Source: Schmidtea nova
Taxonomy: Eukaryota
Assembly: GCA_044892505.1 (NCBI GenBank)
Contig: CM097883.1
Coordinates: 57,722,001-57,786,000 of the forward strand
Reading direction: 5' to 3'
DNA: 64,000 nucleotides
This document shows, piece after piece, positions 49,796 through 63,876 of the stretch. The notes under the pieces are model-generated. The model was not told the origin of the DNA and ran no database searches. It saw only the letters and a program-made list of their open reading frames with translations. The translations under genes and the position numbers were made by a program. Every line of letters begins with the position of its first letter. Within the stretch, counting starts at the first letter, position 1.

Positions 49796-51279
49796 TAATG
49801 TTTATAAATCCATCTAGTTGCGCCATTTTAATTCAAGAATGCTTGGGAATCAGACACAATGTGTTAACTTAAATCCATTAACTGTCAAATTTTTGTTCTC
49901 ATTGTACCGCAATGGTTAAAAATTTATATGTTAAATACTTTTACAAGTTGGGCAACATTGAAATAAAAAATAAATTTGAAAACCAGGTATGTGTGTTTAC
50001 CGAATACATATTATATTTGTTATAATCCTATTATAAGTGGAAAGAAAAAAATCTTTAAATCCCCATTTGGGGATTAAGGTAGCAAATTGGTATTAGGACA
50101 ATGTGCCATTTTTTCAAAATTATTTTTTTTTGAAAACTTGTTATTTTCATTTGGCAATGTTGTTTATAATATGATAAATGGAACTTTGAAATATCTGTTT
50201 CACAAAATGCGATATTGATTGTTCCAAAGAGCACTTAGAATGAATACTTTTAAATGTCATTAATGCACCGAGTCAATGAAGTTAATAATATAATTGCTGA
50301 AAATGAGTTTGAAGGTGAATTATACATTGTCACAAAGGCAGGAGCACAAACCAAAAATGATTTGTAATGCCAAGTGTTATTAAATATTACTAAAGATGTA
50401 TTTTCTTTTGGTATTTTATAAAGGTTATTTTTGTAAATATTATAATTATTGTATAAGGCATGATAACAAAATAAATATAACTCAAAACAATTTCAGTATT
50501 ATTATCCTCTAAACTGACATGTCACCAAGGGATATATTTGGCCTGCTATTAATTTTGGTTAGATAAATTCAGTGTAGAAATTTATTTCCTTTCATATTTT
50601 TTATGTTAAAAAATTATTTTCATTTTTTCCAAAGTGACAAGCATGTCAAGCAGCTATTTATTTGCGGAAGTAATTTTACAATGTTTACAAGTTTGATTTT
50701 TTTTGAAATAAAAAGATTTATTTTAATTTATTTATTATAAATTATATTAATAGACTTAACAATATTTTCAAATATTTAATTGATATTATATATTTTTAAT
50801 AAAGTTTAAAAATTAAATTCACAATAAATCTAATTGATTAACAATTATACTTTTTATAAAAATCAAATCTACCTTTTTTTGCTGCACACAATATGTAAAT
50901 GAAGAACTTTTTAATAAAATATCATATTATTTCTAGCATACTAATTTGGCGCATTCAGACCCCCTGAGACAAAAGGTGCAAATAAAAATTTCATAATTAA
51001 GAATAAATCTTTTTATTTGTTTTTTTCATTCATGATTAAAATGACTAGACATTTTTTATTCGAATGTGGGACATGTTAAAAAAAACTCATTAGCGGACAG
51101 AATTTTCTTAGATTTATTTTCGTGCTTTATTATAATGCATTAATTATTATAAATAAAATAAAATTTTTCTTTATAAATTTTATTTTTTTTCTTCTTCTTA
51201 AGTTTTATAAAAATTATTATTATTATTTTTATTATTATAGTCTTTAAAATTTTATAAGTTAGTGTGTGTCACATATCTT

Positions 51280-51661
51280 TTTTAATCGGTTTGCAATTTC
51301 TTTGTTAACTCGCACGTGTATTTCAATGTCTTTGTTATTATTGCACATTGATTGCATTGTCTTTGTTAAGTTGCATCTGTAATGTAATGTCTTTATTAAG
51401 TTGCATTTGCAATGTAATGTCGTTGTTAATGTACATATGTATCTTTTGCGATGTGCTTGTTTAAATTGTAATAGGAAAATATTTTTTTAAAAAAAAGTAA
51501 TAGAAGATTTTTTCAAACACGCATACACACACGATCTCGGGTATGATACTCATCTGTCAGTTACCTTTTGTTTGATATACTTATTATATAGTTTTAAAAA
51601 TTTGAACCTTGGACCTTTCGAGGGTATGACCTCTAAACTTACTTTTGAATTACCTTTACTT

Positions 51662-51715
<54 letters not shown>

Positions 51716-52668
51716 CATATACTATAAAGTTTTAAAGATTTTGGACACCTTGAAGTTTTTTTAAGGTTTGGAGGTTCAGTACCCTCCATTAACCTTTGAA
51801 AGTATGACAATGATACTTACATCTCAAATGTCTTTTGTTTGATATGTATATTATGAGGTATTAAAATTTTTGAACCTTGAACCCTTTAAGGGTATGACCT
51901 TCAAACTCACTATCAAACGTCCTTTTGAATGATATATAACTAGTAAGGTTTGTAAAACATTTAACTTTGGACACTCCTTGAAGGTTATTGACGCACCACA
52001 AACCTTTGATGGTATGACCATCATACACATCTCACAAATACCTTCCGAATGATATATAACTTGTAAGGTTTAAATATCTTTGAAGATTTTTGACACCTTG
52101 AAGGTTGAGCACCCACCATAAACCTTCATAATTATGACCATTGTGTTCACATCTCCACTACCTTTTGTTTGATATATAACTTGTAATGTTTAAAAATTCT
52201 TTGAAGGTTTTTGACCTCTTGAAAGTTGAGCACACACCATACATCTTCAAGGGTATGACCATCATACTTACCTCTCAATTACCTTTCGAATGATATATAA
52301 CTTCTAAGGATTGAAAAAGGTTGAAGGTCTTTGACCCTATGAAGGTTCAGGATTCTCCATAAACCTTCGAGGGTATGACCATTGTATGCACCTCTCAAAG
52401 ACCTTTCGAATGATACACTTATTTGAAGGTTTGACCTTATTTGACCTTTGGAAATTTAAATTAAAAATTTTAATTTGAAATGAATCATCGATGACATCAT
52501 AAAATTCAAATTTGGAATGAGTCATCGATGAGTCATAAAAATTTTTTACTCACCCGGGGTAGGAGTTCAGATGAGTTATGGTCTTTGTTATGAGTCATCG
52601 AGGAGTCATCGATGACTCATATGTCTTTGTTTAAGTATGACTCATGGTGGACACTACTGTCTACTACT
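51280..52668 (+). mobile_element. Second Maverick/Polinton terminal region (orphan right end)
   Basis: Ends ...ACACTACTGTCTACTACT (reverse complement AGTAGTAG). GTCTTTGTT/TTGCA block, TGA(C/G)TCA cluster and CATATGTCTTTGTT are shared with 5060-6302. Confidence 0.8.
51540..52430. repeat. Diverged tandem array of ~90- and ~120-bp units
   Basis: GTATGAC anchor near 51541, 51623, 51802, 51892, 52012, 52133, 52253 and 52373. Confidence 0.85.
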
Positions 52669-52870
52669 AGGTTTTCCTACATGACTAATAAATTATTCAT
52701 TAATTTTTATTTTTTGAATATCTTTTCATAGGGACCCTCCATATTTATCCATTGTGAATTTAACACTTTTCAGCCTTTTTACTGATTTCCCCCCCCCAAT
52801 CCCTTTTTCACTCTCGTCTCATGTTGCACCACTTTAGATGATCATGAACCAAATTTATAATCATATTATT

Positions 52871-52905
<35 letters not shown>

Positions 52906-55216
52906 CATGAAATACACCCATAACCGTACCTAAACAGATTAAACAAAAAATCGGTTGTACTCAGCTAATTGCTATTTGCATATGCCTAATAACATAAAAT
53001 TTTGTTTTAATACAAATACAAGTCAAACGACAAAACAACGCAAAATGTAAAGATTGTCTTTTGTATTGTTTGATTTTGTAAATAAATTTTTAAAATACTT
53101 CGTATTTAACTTCCAGTTTTTTCGCTCTTTAAGAACTGCCTACTCTCGTTTCCCCCTATAATTCCTTAAGTGTTCCACGGATGTCGGATAAGCGGCAAGG
53201 TATTCCTCCTATTAATGAACATATAGTTACTGTTTATGGTTGAAAATCTGTCATATTCATTCATTTACTTAGAAATAAAAATTTCATTTTAAAATTTGTA
53301 AAATGTTGTAAAAATATATTTAAGCTTTTTACTTAAACTTTAACATTCTCTATATCTGTTTTATAAATTGTTACAAACGGTTTTAACAGAGGATAATGAT
53401 CATTCTATGATCATTTTCATATCTGGACTAGTTCTATAGCAACACGTAACCTAGGTGAATAGGGGTCCTTTACAGCATATAAAAGACTTGAAATAATATA
53501 AAAAGCGGTTTATAAATATAAAAATCAGCAGTATTAAAACAAATATTACTAATTTACTCCAACTGATATTTTGTTGAAAAGGTCAAATAATTCTAACTAA
53601 TTATTTCCCATGTTTCTGCTAAAAATGTTTTAAAATTCGCGCAATTCAAACAAATAAATAGATTAGGATAAGTGATGTTCCCATTAGCTCTTGTTGCCTG
53701 TTCATTCCCAGGTGAAGACTTGGTTTATTATTTATTATAATTATTAATAATATTTTAATGACCGAATAATAGAATCCATACTAAACACGTTTAACCATTT
53801 ATATAAACGACATTTCCTTTTTAATTTTCATTATAGTGCGACAATAACTAAAATTCGACATCGACCATTATCGTAGGGGTCTTCTCTTTGCAATATCTTG
53901 AAACAATATCTTGAAACATAACATAATAAAGCAACTTTGAGACCAAAAAGACAGTCTCATAACAAATGTTCTGACTTTTTGAATATAATAAATAACGCAT
54001 CTGAACAAATAAATTGGTCACTAAGGAAGGTGTAAGATTGCTTGACGGCAAGGTAAAATCGCAGATTAATTAAAAATTGAATTTATACCTTCCTAAAATT
54101 GGACGAAATTAAAAATCATGAAACTATGCAGAAACTATATCAAAAAAGGTGGGAACAAAATCTAATGATGCGTTTTTTGTGGTGCTAAAGGAGTCGCGTA
54201 CACCAACATCGGTGATATTGGTGCAATTGTCTTGATCAAGAACTTCTGTTGTTTTCACCTTGGTATACATTGTATGGTCTTTAGTATAGATTCTGGAACG
54301 AAACTTCCATATTTATCTTCATTGGCAATTAGGAAATTATTTTGGATGAAAGGTTTATGGTCAGTGAGTAGTCAAATTTGGTTTCTATAGGAAGAGGCTA
54401 AATTGATGCCATTTTTTGTTTCGCTTTGAAGGTGAGCACGGAAGTATTTTATTCTTATGATTATGGCAATATATAATCTTTGATGTGCAATAATAATATA
54501 TAATTTTAGTCATTTATTTTATAATTTTTAATCAGAAACGACGTAGGCAGACTTCTCATGACGCTGTTTGGTGACATTTCGAATCATTTCGTTTTGTATT
54601 TTCATTCTTTGATATTATTAAAGTCATAACCGAAAATGTGCTTATATAAAACATGTATTGGATTTTTGTGCATACCGGACACTTCTTTACACTTTTGTTT
54701 ACTCATTTGAAACCCACACTGCATCTTATTTAAATAAAGTGCTCTCCAATTTGGTTGTGCGAATGAACAATATATTAAGATCAGGCTCAGAAGATATTAA
54801 AGACAGTTTTGACAGGCTTTAAAGTTGATAGTCGGGCAGTTTGTGCGTTACGATAAGCTGCAATAATCAGCACAATTAAGATAGGAATACTGCAATACAG
54901 TTTCTAATATCAATAAAAATTTAAATAATCAGATTAATATGCACCAAAATCGGTACTTAAATTCTTTCTCAAGTGTTAGAAATGTTTTACAATTTTTCTA
55001 CTTATAATAAACGACGTAATACGTACTGAACTTAGATTTAAATATGAACTAGCNNNNNNNNNNNNNNNNNNNNNNNNNNNNNNNNNNNNNNNNNNNNNNN
55101 NNNNNNNNNNNNNNNNNNNNNNNNNNNNNNNNNNNNNNNNNNNNNNNNNNNNNNNNNNNNNNNNNNNNNNNNNNNNNNNNNNNNNNNNNNNNNNNNNNNN
55201 NNNNNNNNNNNNNNNN

Positions 55217-55356
55217 GACTATAGATCAAATTTTTTTATAAACAATAACACAATATTTCGGCACAACCTTTATCAAAAAAAAAGGCTGTGCCGAAATATT
55301 GTGTTATTGTTTATAAAAATAATTTTGATCTATAGTCATCATTATGGGAATTATTG

Positions 55357-55358
<2 letters not shown>
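55217..55358. repeat. Hairpin repeat family A copy (short centre)
   Basis: GACTATAGATC...CGGCACAACCTTTATC...AAAGGCTGTGCCG...GATCTATAGTC. Confidence 0.9.
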
Positions 55359-55394
<36 letters not shown>

Positions 55395-55500
55395 GATATA
55401 TTTAAAATACCGAATTTTCTTTCCTAGAGATATATTATTTCAGAATTAACCTTAAAAATGTTTCCGTAAAAATTACCTTAATAAAATGAGTGTATTATTT

Positions 55501-55581
<81 letters not shown>

Positions 55582-55607
55582 CAGCGCCGATAACAACTCG
55601 ATAACAT

Positions 55608-56448
55608 TTTCGAAGATACCTTAATAAAAAAATTAAATACCATCATAATTAAGGGTAAAACTATCTTGTGGAACTTGGAGAAGAAGTAATAGCAAAAATT
55701 TGAGAAATAAGGAAAAATTAAAATCAAACAAGGAAAAATAAATCAAACAATTATTAAGAAAAGATGATTCCTAATAAAGAAGTACAAAAAGATAAAAGGA
55801 ATTCCAAAATTGAAAAATAAAAAGAAGAGGAAAGTTTATCAGAGATTATCAGAGATATCAGAATTGCAGGAAAAAAGTCGGAAATGCAAGAAATGAAAAA
55901 TGCATGATCTATAGAGTATGCGAGAGTCAAAAATTAAAAAACAAAATTATCTCAAGTACCACGAATTTGACGAACTATAAAAGGAAGAAACAGCGGTAGA
56001 CGAGAGAGAAGAATCAAAGTATATTTTTAGAAAACGTAGATCAAAGGAATATTTGAGAAAATTGTAGTGAATTTAGCGAAACAAGAAATTAATTGAATAG
56101 AGACAAAGTTTATTAATTCAATTTCCAAGCCAAAGTTAGAAAAAAATAGTCTGTTACCCATTGTCGAATCTAAATCAGTAGCCAGTGATCGTTAGACGGA
56201 GATATTGTACACAAGTGCTACTCCTCATCAAGTGTAGTAATAAGCACTGTATAATATTGTTGATATTATTGAATTTATTATCTGTCATATTATTGAATTG
56301 ATTGTACCAGTGTAATTTATGAAATCAGCTGTGATATCAATAAAGGTTCATGTTATTATTTGTTATTTTGTTGATCGAATAAACACGCTTGGAGTAAGAG
56401 AATTAATTAGTAAATTTCAAATTTCACCAACAACCCAATAACCCAACA
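55608..56448 (+). mobile_element. Solo LTR related to 36848-37812
   Basis: Ends T(G>T)TCGAAG...CCCAACA; 4-bp TSD ACAT; shared internal blocks (AAATTATCTCAAGT..., TTTCACCAACAACCCA). Confidence 0.75.
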
Positions 56449-57055
56449 ACATGATAACTTTGGCAATAAATAATAAAAAGATCATTTAATCCAAAAAAAT
56501 TTTTAGACTTCACCGCATTTGATTTAAAAAATCCTATAATAAATAAATAATTCAAATCCTGAAAAATGCATCATTTGATTTTCAGATAAATTTAAAATAA
56601 TAAATAGCGTGTATTTTTAAATATAATAATAAATAAATTAATTAAATAATTTAATTTTTTTTTCGCATCACCTATTGCAGCTTTGTACAATTAAACAATT
56701 TTTATCCCAACGTTCATTTTGATTATAATTGCATGGGCAGCATATAAATCGACTATCTATATTTTTTCAGTTATTTTAATTAAATTTCTTTTCTTAAAAA
56801 ATTATTTATTCCGATATTATATCAAAAAAGAATTTCTTATTCAATAAAAACTTTCTCACAGTCTATTTTTCAAGACTTGAAAGAGATTGTGCTGAAAGTT
56901 TGTATTGAAATTAAAACAAAAATATATTTTTGATTATTATCTGAAAATATATGAAAATAAATGAAGTCGGAAAAAGATTAGCGATTCAACACCAAATATT
57001 GTAAATATATCAGAGTATAAAAAGGTGATTCCTTCGTAGCAGCATTAAGTATTAA

Positions 57056-58499
57056 ATTAATTAATAAATAAGTAACAAAATAAGCCGTTGCTGCAAAAAT
57101 AATTTTATTAAGTGAGAAAATTTTCGATTATCAAATAATCCTCGTCAATCTCTAATTCGGCAAATAACTGGTATCTTCATTCATTCTGTTGTTTCTTTTT
57201 TCGTGATTTCTCTCCATTTTCATTGGATGTTAATCTGATTAATAAATGTTTTAAATTCTTAATTGTTTTTTAAATGTTTTTTTTGTTAAAAATTTAAAAA
57301 TATAAAATAAAAACTCCAAATTTTTTAAAAATCTTTCTAAATTTCTTTTCGAATAAATAAATTTATCCTTTTTTTAAATTTAAAATTTTTAAAATTTTTA
57401 TTGCCTGCATTCTACATTTTTAATTTTCTAACTCTTAATATTTGATTTTATTTTTTATAATTTTACAATTTAATTATATTATATCTCTTTGAAATGCCCA
57501 TAAATTCTCTGTACTATCACTTTTCTTTCTCCATTTTTTATATCTTCCTTTTACTTTTATACTTTCTTATTTGTAGAACCACATGTTTTTTTAACAAGAT
57601 AGTAAGTGGGCGATTTCGCTAACTTCCTCTTTAGAGTTAATTTTTGGGTGTTTGTCTCTAATGAGAATAGCTTCTTTAAGTCTGAGATTTTTCTCGTCGT
57701 TTTCGTTTGTCAATATTCTCACTGATATTAATTTTTCCTTATTTTCTGTCTGACATTGGTGAAGATGTCTATATACAGATGACTTTCCACCAGGATCAAG
57801 ATGTTCTTTAATTCTCTGATGCAAAGTCCGAAGGGCGCTTCCGATGTAAATTTCTTTGTATTTATTACACATGATGCTATAGACAATGTTCTTGAGAAAG
57901 CATAATTTCTTTGGTGTTTGGCAATTTTCCATCTTACATGTATTTTCCTTTCTCTTGTTGTTAGCTAGAGCTTGCCTTAATGTCTTAGATCTATGTGCCA
58001 AACGAATCGGAAGGCCAGTGAGATTAAGTTCTTTGATGATCATGAAATTTATTCGATCACTGATGAAAGGAATTCGAAGGTAGAAATCTTTCTTTTCCTT
58101 TTGTAGGTCTTTCTGCCTTCTCTGGTTGAATTTTACTTTGTTGATCTCGTTAATATTATGGTATCCATTACGATGCAGGACTTCTGTAAATATTCTTTGT
58201 TGTACTGAATTGTCCTCTTCCTTTGTGCATCGATTAGCTATCCTTTGTCTCTCATTTCTAATGACGTTTACCTTCTGCAGATGAGGAAGTGCTGATCTTT
58301 GGTGCATAAATATTACTTTGCCGGCTGATTTTCTGTAGAACCCATATGATGGTGTGTCTGAGTTGATTTTTATTCTCAGATCCAATAGTTCGAGGAATCC
58401 GTCTTCTTGACGAGGATTATTTGATAATCGAAAATTTTCTCACTTAATAAAATTATTTTTGCAGCACCGGCTTATTTTGTTACTTATTTATTAATTAAT
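57056..58499. mobile_element. Family-B inverted repeats (93 bp each) enclosing a Penelope fragment
   Basis: 57056-57148 and 58407-58499 are reverse complements with one mismatch by eye. Confidence 0.75.
57591..58420 (-). pseudogene. 5'-truncated Penelope-like element: RT thumb plus GIY-YIG endonuclease
   Basis: DGFLELLDLRI, FYRKS, RNGY, IPFIS, NIVYSIMC...YIGS..RTLHQRIKEH and LRLKEAILIR..PKIN. Confidence 0.92.
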
Positions 58500-59020
58500 G
58501 TAAATATATCAATGATGAAAACGAAAAGAAATATTTATGATATTTAAAAAAATATTAATTAAAGAAAACTCATAAAATAATAAGTCAATGAATAACTGAA
58601 ATATTTTGCAAAAAAAAAAAATTCTCGGAATAAACATCTCAAAATTATTAATATTTTGCAGTGAAATAATTCGGCGAATTTAAATTCGATGGATGTAACT
58701 TGATAAGAATTATTTGCATTTATTAGAAATAAATTATCGTTTTGATTTATTTTATAAATAATATTTTATTCGCTTTTATGCTAATTCCTATATTAGTTTA
58801 CACTAATTGCCGTTTCTATATTTGCTGAAAATAAATATGGGAAATTTTGTTTTATTAAATTATTTTTTTGAAGTTGTAATGCAAGTTTTTATTTTATAAA
58901 TGATTCTATAATGGATAAATAAATTAAATGTTGAAAATTTAAAACAATGTAAAAAGAAAAAAAGGAAAAATTATGGAAAAGGGTTGTGAAATGATAATAA
59001 AATAAAATAAGTGAATTATG

Positions 59021-59930
59021 CAGAGGCGTAGCTAAGGGGGGGCGCGGGGCACATATGTCCCCGGGCGCGAAAATGAGGCTTACAGCGTTACATTATAATA
59101 AGTAAACAAGGATAATAAATCGGTCACAAGGTCGCTTCTGCGGCTCAGCAGACGTGTCATCTGGTACGTCTGCCATCCACTGTGATGATGCTGCCTGCCA
59201 ACCACTGCAGCCAGCCGAGATACGGATTTTGCGTACAGCTGGTTCCGTCTGCACACGACTAAAAGACCTGAACACAAAATTTGGGTTAAAGCTGGATGTT
59301 AAGACTTTTCTATCCGACAGATGTTCATGCAATTCGTCGAAATTCCACAGATTTTGAAAATTTCTACGACACGGACATCAATGGCCAACGAACTTTTCAC
59401 AGAAATTGGAGATTGCAGAATGCTGCTCAGTAATCGGAATGAAGTTCTACTAGAAACTCCTTTGGATCTTCTTGGTTTTATTGTGTTTTATGGAAACGAC
59501 ATATTTCCGAATCTGCGAATTTCACTGCAAATTTTATTTCAATTGCAAGTTGTGAGCGGTCGTTCAGCAAATTGAAACTTGTAGCATTTGCGTGCGTCAA
59601 TGGGACAGGATCGTCTCAGCGATATTGCTCTTCTTAGCTTTGAAAGAGAAGCATTGGAAAAACTGATTTTGATTGCGTAATTGACCAGTTTGTGACAGTG
59701 AAATCAAAAAAAAATCTTTTGAAGACTATTTAAGCCAGTCGTCGACAGTGACTGAGTGGGTCATGTACTATAATTTCTATAAATTTGCTTCTTTAAATAC
59801 AATGTTTTATTAAAATTAAAATTTTTTTCCTTATTTAATGTAATAGAAAAATGTTATTAAACTGGGAGGGGGCTGGGGCGCCAATTTTATAGTTCGTCCC
59901 CGGACGCAAAATATCATAGCTACGCCTCTG
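59021..59930 (+). mobile_element. Internally deleted hAT (Tip100/Blackjack-like)
   Basis: TIRs CAGAGGCGTAGCTA / TAGCTACGCCTCTG; perfect 8-bp TSD GAATTATG; dimerisation-domain relic FPNLRISLQIL...ASCERSFSKLKL. Confidence 0.93.
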
Positions 59931-60429
59931 GAATTATGATAAATTCATAAACCAGAATCATTTATAAAAGAAAAATTGTTTTCTTTCCTTTTTTTTCATG
60001 ACGAAACGTATTCAAGATATGATAAAATTGACCTGGAAAATTTAACTGTAAAAATATACCTATACAAAATATAATATAAAATTTTTAAAACACATTAAAT
60101 ATAATTTTAAATACAAACCACCAGTGGCAAAGTAAAAACTTAAGGATCTTACAAAAGGTTTTATTTTCATTGTTTTGGAAACTAGGCAAAAAGAATTTAC
60201 AAGAATTTACAGAAAATAATAAACATAATTTTGAAAGAAGTATATTTGAGAACTTAAGTATATAAAATAAAATAAAAGATTTTGATTTCCTTCAATAAAC
60301 AAGTCATACCATAAAAAATTTAAAAATATAAATAAAATAATAAATAATTAATTAAATATACAAAATATTAATGTCAGACTTACGTATTATAATTACATCA
60401 ACACTTTCCCTAATTATATGACTATTGAT

Positions 60430-61135
60430 CAGCGGTTCCCAACCTTTCTGGTGCTGTGACCCCATGATAACATTTGCCAATTTATGGCGACCCAAACAAT
60501 AAAATCAATAGGGTTGCACTTCAGTTACAGCATTTTTGCAGCCAAATATTATGATAATTATGTTGTGGCTTCTAATTATCTGATTTTATTTTATTTTATA
60601 CTTTTATATTCACATATTTTTTATTACAAATTTTGAATAATATTCAAATTTCGAATAATATAATTGAATTATAATAATTTATCAATAAAACATTTTGTTA
60701 TAATTAAATGTTTGGTTAATATTTTTAAAAATTAATTTGCAAAGGAATAAAATATGCACGTGCATCACTAATTTTAATAATAGCTGAAAACACTGTTTTG
60801 CCGCAAACAGAATATGATTTCATTTTACTTCACTAAGTACATAGGTAATTTTGTAAAGAGTTGAAGTTGCAAGAATTTAAATGGCTAAAATTATTAAATT
60901 AAATAGGCTCCTGACATCTGTCGAATGAATCATAGCATTGTCCGTCGCTTCAGTGTTGTGACTGTAGTGCCAGTGTAGTCAGAGTAGGTCAGTAGAAGTA
61001 TCGCTTAAATATAAAATAATAATAAAGAACTACTGAATCGCGTCAAAAATTATTTTTCAGAAGGTCTCAGGCGACCCCTGGTAAACTGTCACGCAACCCC
61101 CGTTGGGGTCGCTACCCATATGTTGGGAACCACTG
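60430..61135. mobile_element. hAT MITE (706 bp)
   Basis: TIRs CAGCGGTTCCCAAC / GTTGGGAACCACTG; degenerate TSD CTATTGAT / CTATAAAT. Confidence 0.82.
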
Positions 61136-62317
61136 CTATAAATCAAAGTTTTTATGGTTTTTAAGTACACAATATTTTGACACAGCAAACAAAGGTGAAA
61201 CACAAAGATAATTATGATACATATTATAGATTACATAAAATACTTAATTTATTAAATATGCTTCAGTTCAAACATTATTTTAAAATTTCTCTTGTTTTTA
61301 NNNNNNNNNNNNNNNNNNNNNNNNNNNNNNNNNNNNNNNNNNNNNNNNNNNNNNNNNNNNNNNNNNNNNNNNNNNNNNNNNNNNNNNNNNNNNNNNNNNN
61401 NNNNNNNNNNNNNNNNNNNNNNNNNNNNNNNNNNNNNNNNNNNNNNNNNNNNNNNNNNNNNNNNNNNNNNNNNNNNNNNNNNNNNNNNNNNNNNNNNNNN
61501 NNNNNNNNNNNNNNNNNNNNNNNNNNNNNNNNNNNNNNNNNCTAAAATAATTTTATAAAAAATTCTGAGAAATTAAATTGTCAGAAACATTATTTTGATG
61601 ATTCATTTATAATTGCTTTTTATCTACGAATATCATTTAATTTGTCTTTTCTTGAAAAATAGATGAAACGCCTTGGCCCAATCGAATGTCTTAGTGAAGA
61701 TTTAATAGAACTTTTGATCAACACTTTGAGTGACACTTGATGGAGTTTGTGTTTTCCAATAAAATTTTAATTCTCGTTGAAATATTTGTTTTTTTGCGAT
61801 TTGAATGATAATTTTATTTTTCATTTTTTAATATTTTATTTCATTTATACAGTATTTTATATCATTTATATATAATTTATTATAATAATTACATTTATTT
61901 TTGTTTTAAATTATAAATAAAACCAATTTCAAGTGTGCCAAAATATATTTTTATGAATATTTTTTTCAAAATAGGTAATTATTATTCGCCTACGCTTTTT
62001 CACATTATTTCTATTAGTTCATACGCTTTTTGATGCGCTTTATATTTTAAACACATTAAAGTTTATATAGATTGAATTATAATTTGTATATAATCCTTGA
62101 CATGAAGGTATAAGATTTATTTTATTTTAATGTTAACATTTTCAAAATTGAGTAGGTTGGCCTAAAAGAATTTGCATATACCTGGTTTAAGTGTATCGTG
62201 GAAACGATAATTTGTATCGTCTAAATGTTTTTGTTGATAATTTATCAAACATTTTACAAAAATATGACATTTACATTATTAAGTAATACCCTAGATTCTA
62301 GGGTATGTAATAGATCA

Positions 62318-62710
62318 AAAAATGTAATTGATCAAATTTCAACTGGGGGGGGGGGGTCAAAGGTCAAATATGTTGTCAGAGATCTATTACTGAATAGGTC
62401 AAATATCGAACATTACGTTCCATTAGGAGTTTTATCTAGTGGGGGCACATCCTATTGCTATTATAATGCAAGTAATAATCATTTTAATGATAATGCACTT
62501 TTTATTTCTAGGGCCTAGAAATAAAAAGTGCATTATCATTAAAATGATTATTACTTGCATTATAATAGCAATAGGATGTGCCCCCCACTAGATAAAACTC
62601 CTAATGGAACGTAATGTTCGATCTTTGACCTATTCAGTAATAGATCACTGACAACATATTTGACCTTTGACCCCCCCCCTGTTGAAATTTGATCTATTAC
62701 ATTTTTTGAC
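62318..62710. repeat. ~390-bp near-perfect palindrome (fold-back MITE-like)
   Basis: Centre CTAGG-G-CCTAG at 62513; arms differ at a few positions and in poly-G length. Confidence 0.92.
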
Positions 62711-63876
62711 CTTATCTCTTTTTTATTACATCCAATAAAAAAGAGATAATTCACGAAAAATAAACAGCAATATACGGTGAAGATTGCAGTTATATTATGA
62801 ATTACGAGATTTATGAATTATAATCGAAAATTTTCACTTAATTGAAATTTTGCAGCAAAGGCTTATTTTATTATTTATTAATTATTTAATAATATTAATA
62901 TCAATAATGTCGGGGTGAGTATTAAATCCATAAAAGCAAAATGAAAGCACATAAATATTGTTAAAATCAAAAAATATCAAAATAATTAAAGTGCAAAAAT
63001 TAATTAAAGTTTATTAAAAATTATTATTGATAGGGAGAAATGGGTATGGTTGAACGCCAAATCACAAGAAGAACTCAACAATAGTTAAATAAACTTAGTA
63101 AGGGTTTCTAGGAAAGGCTATTACGAAATAAAAAAACTAATCAAAATTAATTAACTTTTCAAATGGAAGCCTGAGTCAATGCAAAACCAAATAGATGAGG
63201 AAAATTAGAAAAGTATTAGAGAGCCGAGAGAGCAGGGAACCCGGGTAATTACATAAATACTTATTGATAATCTGACCTTGTCGCCATGAAAAATCGGACA
63301 ATTTTATTGTTATTGTCCCAAAAATATTTACTTAATTATATCAATTATCGTCTCAATTTTATTTATTTTAAAGGAGCTAAAAAAGAGATGAGCTGCCAGT
63401 TGACAAAAAATTTGAAAGAGATCGAAAGAGATCGAAAGAGGTAGACAGGATCTCATTGAAATCAAATCTTATTTAAATTAAACGTACCAGAAAAGGCGAT
63501 TGGCCCTTGGGTTTAACAAAATTCGTTTTTGAATAAAATGTGCAATTTATCCACGAATTGTAATTTGTTGTATCGATTTAATAAATTGTTTGGTGCTGGG
63601 TATTATTGATTTTATATAAATAAAAGAACACGAGGAGTCAAAAGTTGGTCTGATCTAGGAATAAATAANNNNNNNNNNNNNNNNNNNNNNNNNNNNNNNN
63701 NNNNNNNNNNNNNNNNNNNNNNNNNNNNNNNNNNNNNNNNNNNNNNNNNNNNNNNNNNNNNNNNNNNNNNNNNNNNNNNNNNNNNNNNNNNNNNNNNNNN
63801 NNNNNNNNNNNNNNNNNNNNNNNNNNNNNNNNNNNNNNNNNNNNNNNNNNNNNNNNNNNNNNNNNNNNNNNNNNNT

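Noticed and set aside
53140-53215. Possible small minus-strand exon (EEYLAAYPTSVEHLRNYRGKR)
   Set aside because: Plausible splice sites but no partner exons or recognisable protein; insufficient support.
54240-54450. LTDHKPF motif on the minus strand
   Set aside because: Probably a tiny Gypsy RNase H scrap, too degraded to annotate.
57150-57200. Hammerhead-like GAAGA...CCGAA downstream of the Penelope ORF
   Set aside because: CUGA and GAAA cores incomplete and no convincing stems.
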